A program made the position numbers and the translations under genes. 18,367 nt of DNA from Candidatus Thorarchaeota archaeon (GTDB lineage: Archaea > Asgardarchaeota > Thorarchaeia > Thorarchaeales > Thorarchaeaceae), in contig JAOUFI010000044.1 of the NCBI GenBank assembly GCA_029858305.1, positions 1-18,367 on the forward strand, in the 5' to 3' direction. The notes under the pieces were generated by a model that ran no database searches, was not told where the DNA came from, and saw only the letters and a program-made list of their open reading frames with translations. This document shows, in pieces, positions 17,427 through 18,367 of the stretch. Numbering within the stretch: position 1 is the stretch's first letter; each line of letters opens with the position of its first letter.

Positions 17427-18367
17427 CTATAGTCCATGATATGGAAAAATCAACTCTCTGACGTTTCGGAGGGTTCTATCAAGATCTAGAGAAACCTCTT
17501 CACGTGAAAAATACATCTGTACAACCTCCGATTCATCCCTCATTGTTAACGGGCAATTATCAAATCCCAAGCTGTCACACAGGTTTATGAACTCCTCTGG
17601 AACTTCCTTTGGAACCTTTTCATCCAACATGATTGCGAGGAACAGAGTCCACAAACGAGCTACGTTTACTGGATGGTAGCCCCCACCTCCAACTGCAAGC
17701 CAGCCAAGACTACAAATTTTGGTTGAAAGGTCTCGAAGACCTTGAACAACAGTTTCATACCCATGTGATGTATAGGACAAGTGAGCAAGAGGGTCCATAT
17801 AATGACCATCCACTCCCAATTGTGTCACAAGTAGGTCCGGTCTATATGCTTCGAAAAGAGGAACGACTATCTCCTTGTACGTGGCAATGAGTTCAGGACT
17901 TCCTGCACCTGGTATTAGTGGAACATTTACGGAGTATCCTGTTCCTTCTGCTCCCCCTGTTTCATAGACGAATCCAGTTCCTGGAAAGAGAGTTTTTCCT
18001 GTTTGATGGATTGAGATGGTTAGAACGTTCTTATCACGATAGAACGCATTTTGTACACCATCTCCATGATGAGCATCGAAATCAAAGTACAAACAGCGGA
18101 TGTCATTTCCCTTCTTTTTCTTAAGATAGTTGATTGCCACTGCCACATCGTTGAATATACAAAATCCAGAAGCCTCATCTCGACGAGCATGATGCAAACC
18201 TCCTGATATGCAGAATGCATTCGAAGCGCCATCTATGATTTTTTTCATTCCATCTAGAGTAGCACCAACATATCTCTCTCCCGTAACATAAATTTGAGGA
18301 AAAACCGGATTATCAGGAGTTCCCAATCCATATCTATATTCGGGATTAAGAGTTTGAGCAGCTCTTT
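17427..18367 (-). CDS. acuC: Acetoin utilization AcuC / class I HDAC-like Zn-dependent deacetylase, 5' end outside window
   Basis: GTPDNPVF, GGLHHA, SGFCIFND, DFDAHHGDGVQ, LFPGTG, QLGVDGHYMDPL, GGGGY. The frame stays open upstream of 18326 to the edge (RAAQTLNPEYRYGLG). Confidence 0.93.
   Translation of the reverse strand, partial: RAAQTLNPEYRYGLGTPDNPVFPQIYVTGERYVGATLDGMKKIIDGASNAFCISGGLHHARRDEASGFCIFNDVAVAINYLKKKKGNDIRCLYFDFDAHHGDGVQNAFYRDKNVLTISIHQTGKTLFPGTGFVYETGGAEGTGYSVNVPLIPGAGSPELIATYKEIVVPLFEAYRPDLLVTQLGVDGHYMDPLAHLSYTSHGYETVVQGLRDLSTKICSLGWLAVGGGGYHPVNVARLWTLFLAIMLDEKVPKEVPEEFINLCDSLGFDNCPLTMRDESEVVQMYFSREEVSLDLDRTLRNVRELIFPYHGL

Noticed and set aside
1916-18232. Other short track ORFs inside larger genes (e.g. 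1916-2131, 2282-2638, 3103-3315, 4708-5310, 7726-9156, 11587-12578, 13117-14472, 16903-17313, 17633-18232)
   Set aside because: They overlap well-supported CDSs on the opposite strand or an alternate frame and have no recognisable motifs.
3168-18367. GNATs plus HDAC as a writer/eraser acetylation system
   Set aside because: They are 13 kb apart with unrelated genes between, and all are common families.
1-18367. CRISPR arrays, tRNA/rRNA genes, transposases or integrases
   Set aside because: No spaced repeats, cloverleaf-like sequence or mobile-element ORFs were seen, and intergenic gaps are all under about 200 bp.

Overview
Gene-dense archaeal-type chromosomal window. It has GGAGG/GGTG Shine-Dalgarno (SD) sites, TTATA/TTTAA boxes, many TTG/GTG starts and N-glycosylation sequons in the exported proteins. 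The overall style suggests an Asgard (Thorarchaeia-like) genome, which is an inference. I call 18 CDSs: a left-truncated REC-PAS-PAS-PAS sensor, a polytopic membrane protein, a 48-aa C-terminally anchored Cys peptide absent from the ORF track, two divergent GNATs, an AF0577-type radical SAM/SPASM enzyme, an exported C39/BtrH-like Cys peptidase, YyaL/SSP411, an ICMT/PEMT-family methyltransferase, an MBL hydrolase, two further small membrane proteins, a PUA-less TGT-fold transglycosylase directly downstream of a LigB-type ATP-dependent DNA ligase, a PRC-barrel plus thioredoxin pair, a degenerate amidohydrolase, an SCP2-like protein and a right-truncated AcuC/HDAC deacetylase. I saw no RNA genes, CRISPR arrays or mobile elements. 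The best leads are (i) the ligase plus atypical TGT pair and (ii) the small Cys peptide beside the GNATs, rSAM/SPASM enzyme and C39-like peptidase, a possible RiPP-like neighbourhood. Both are hypotheses.
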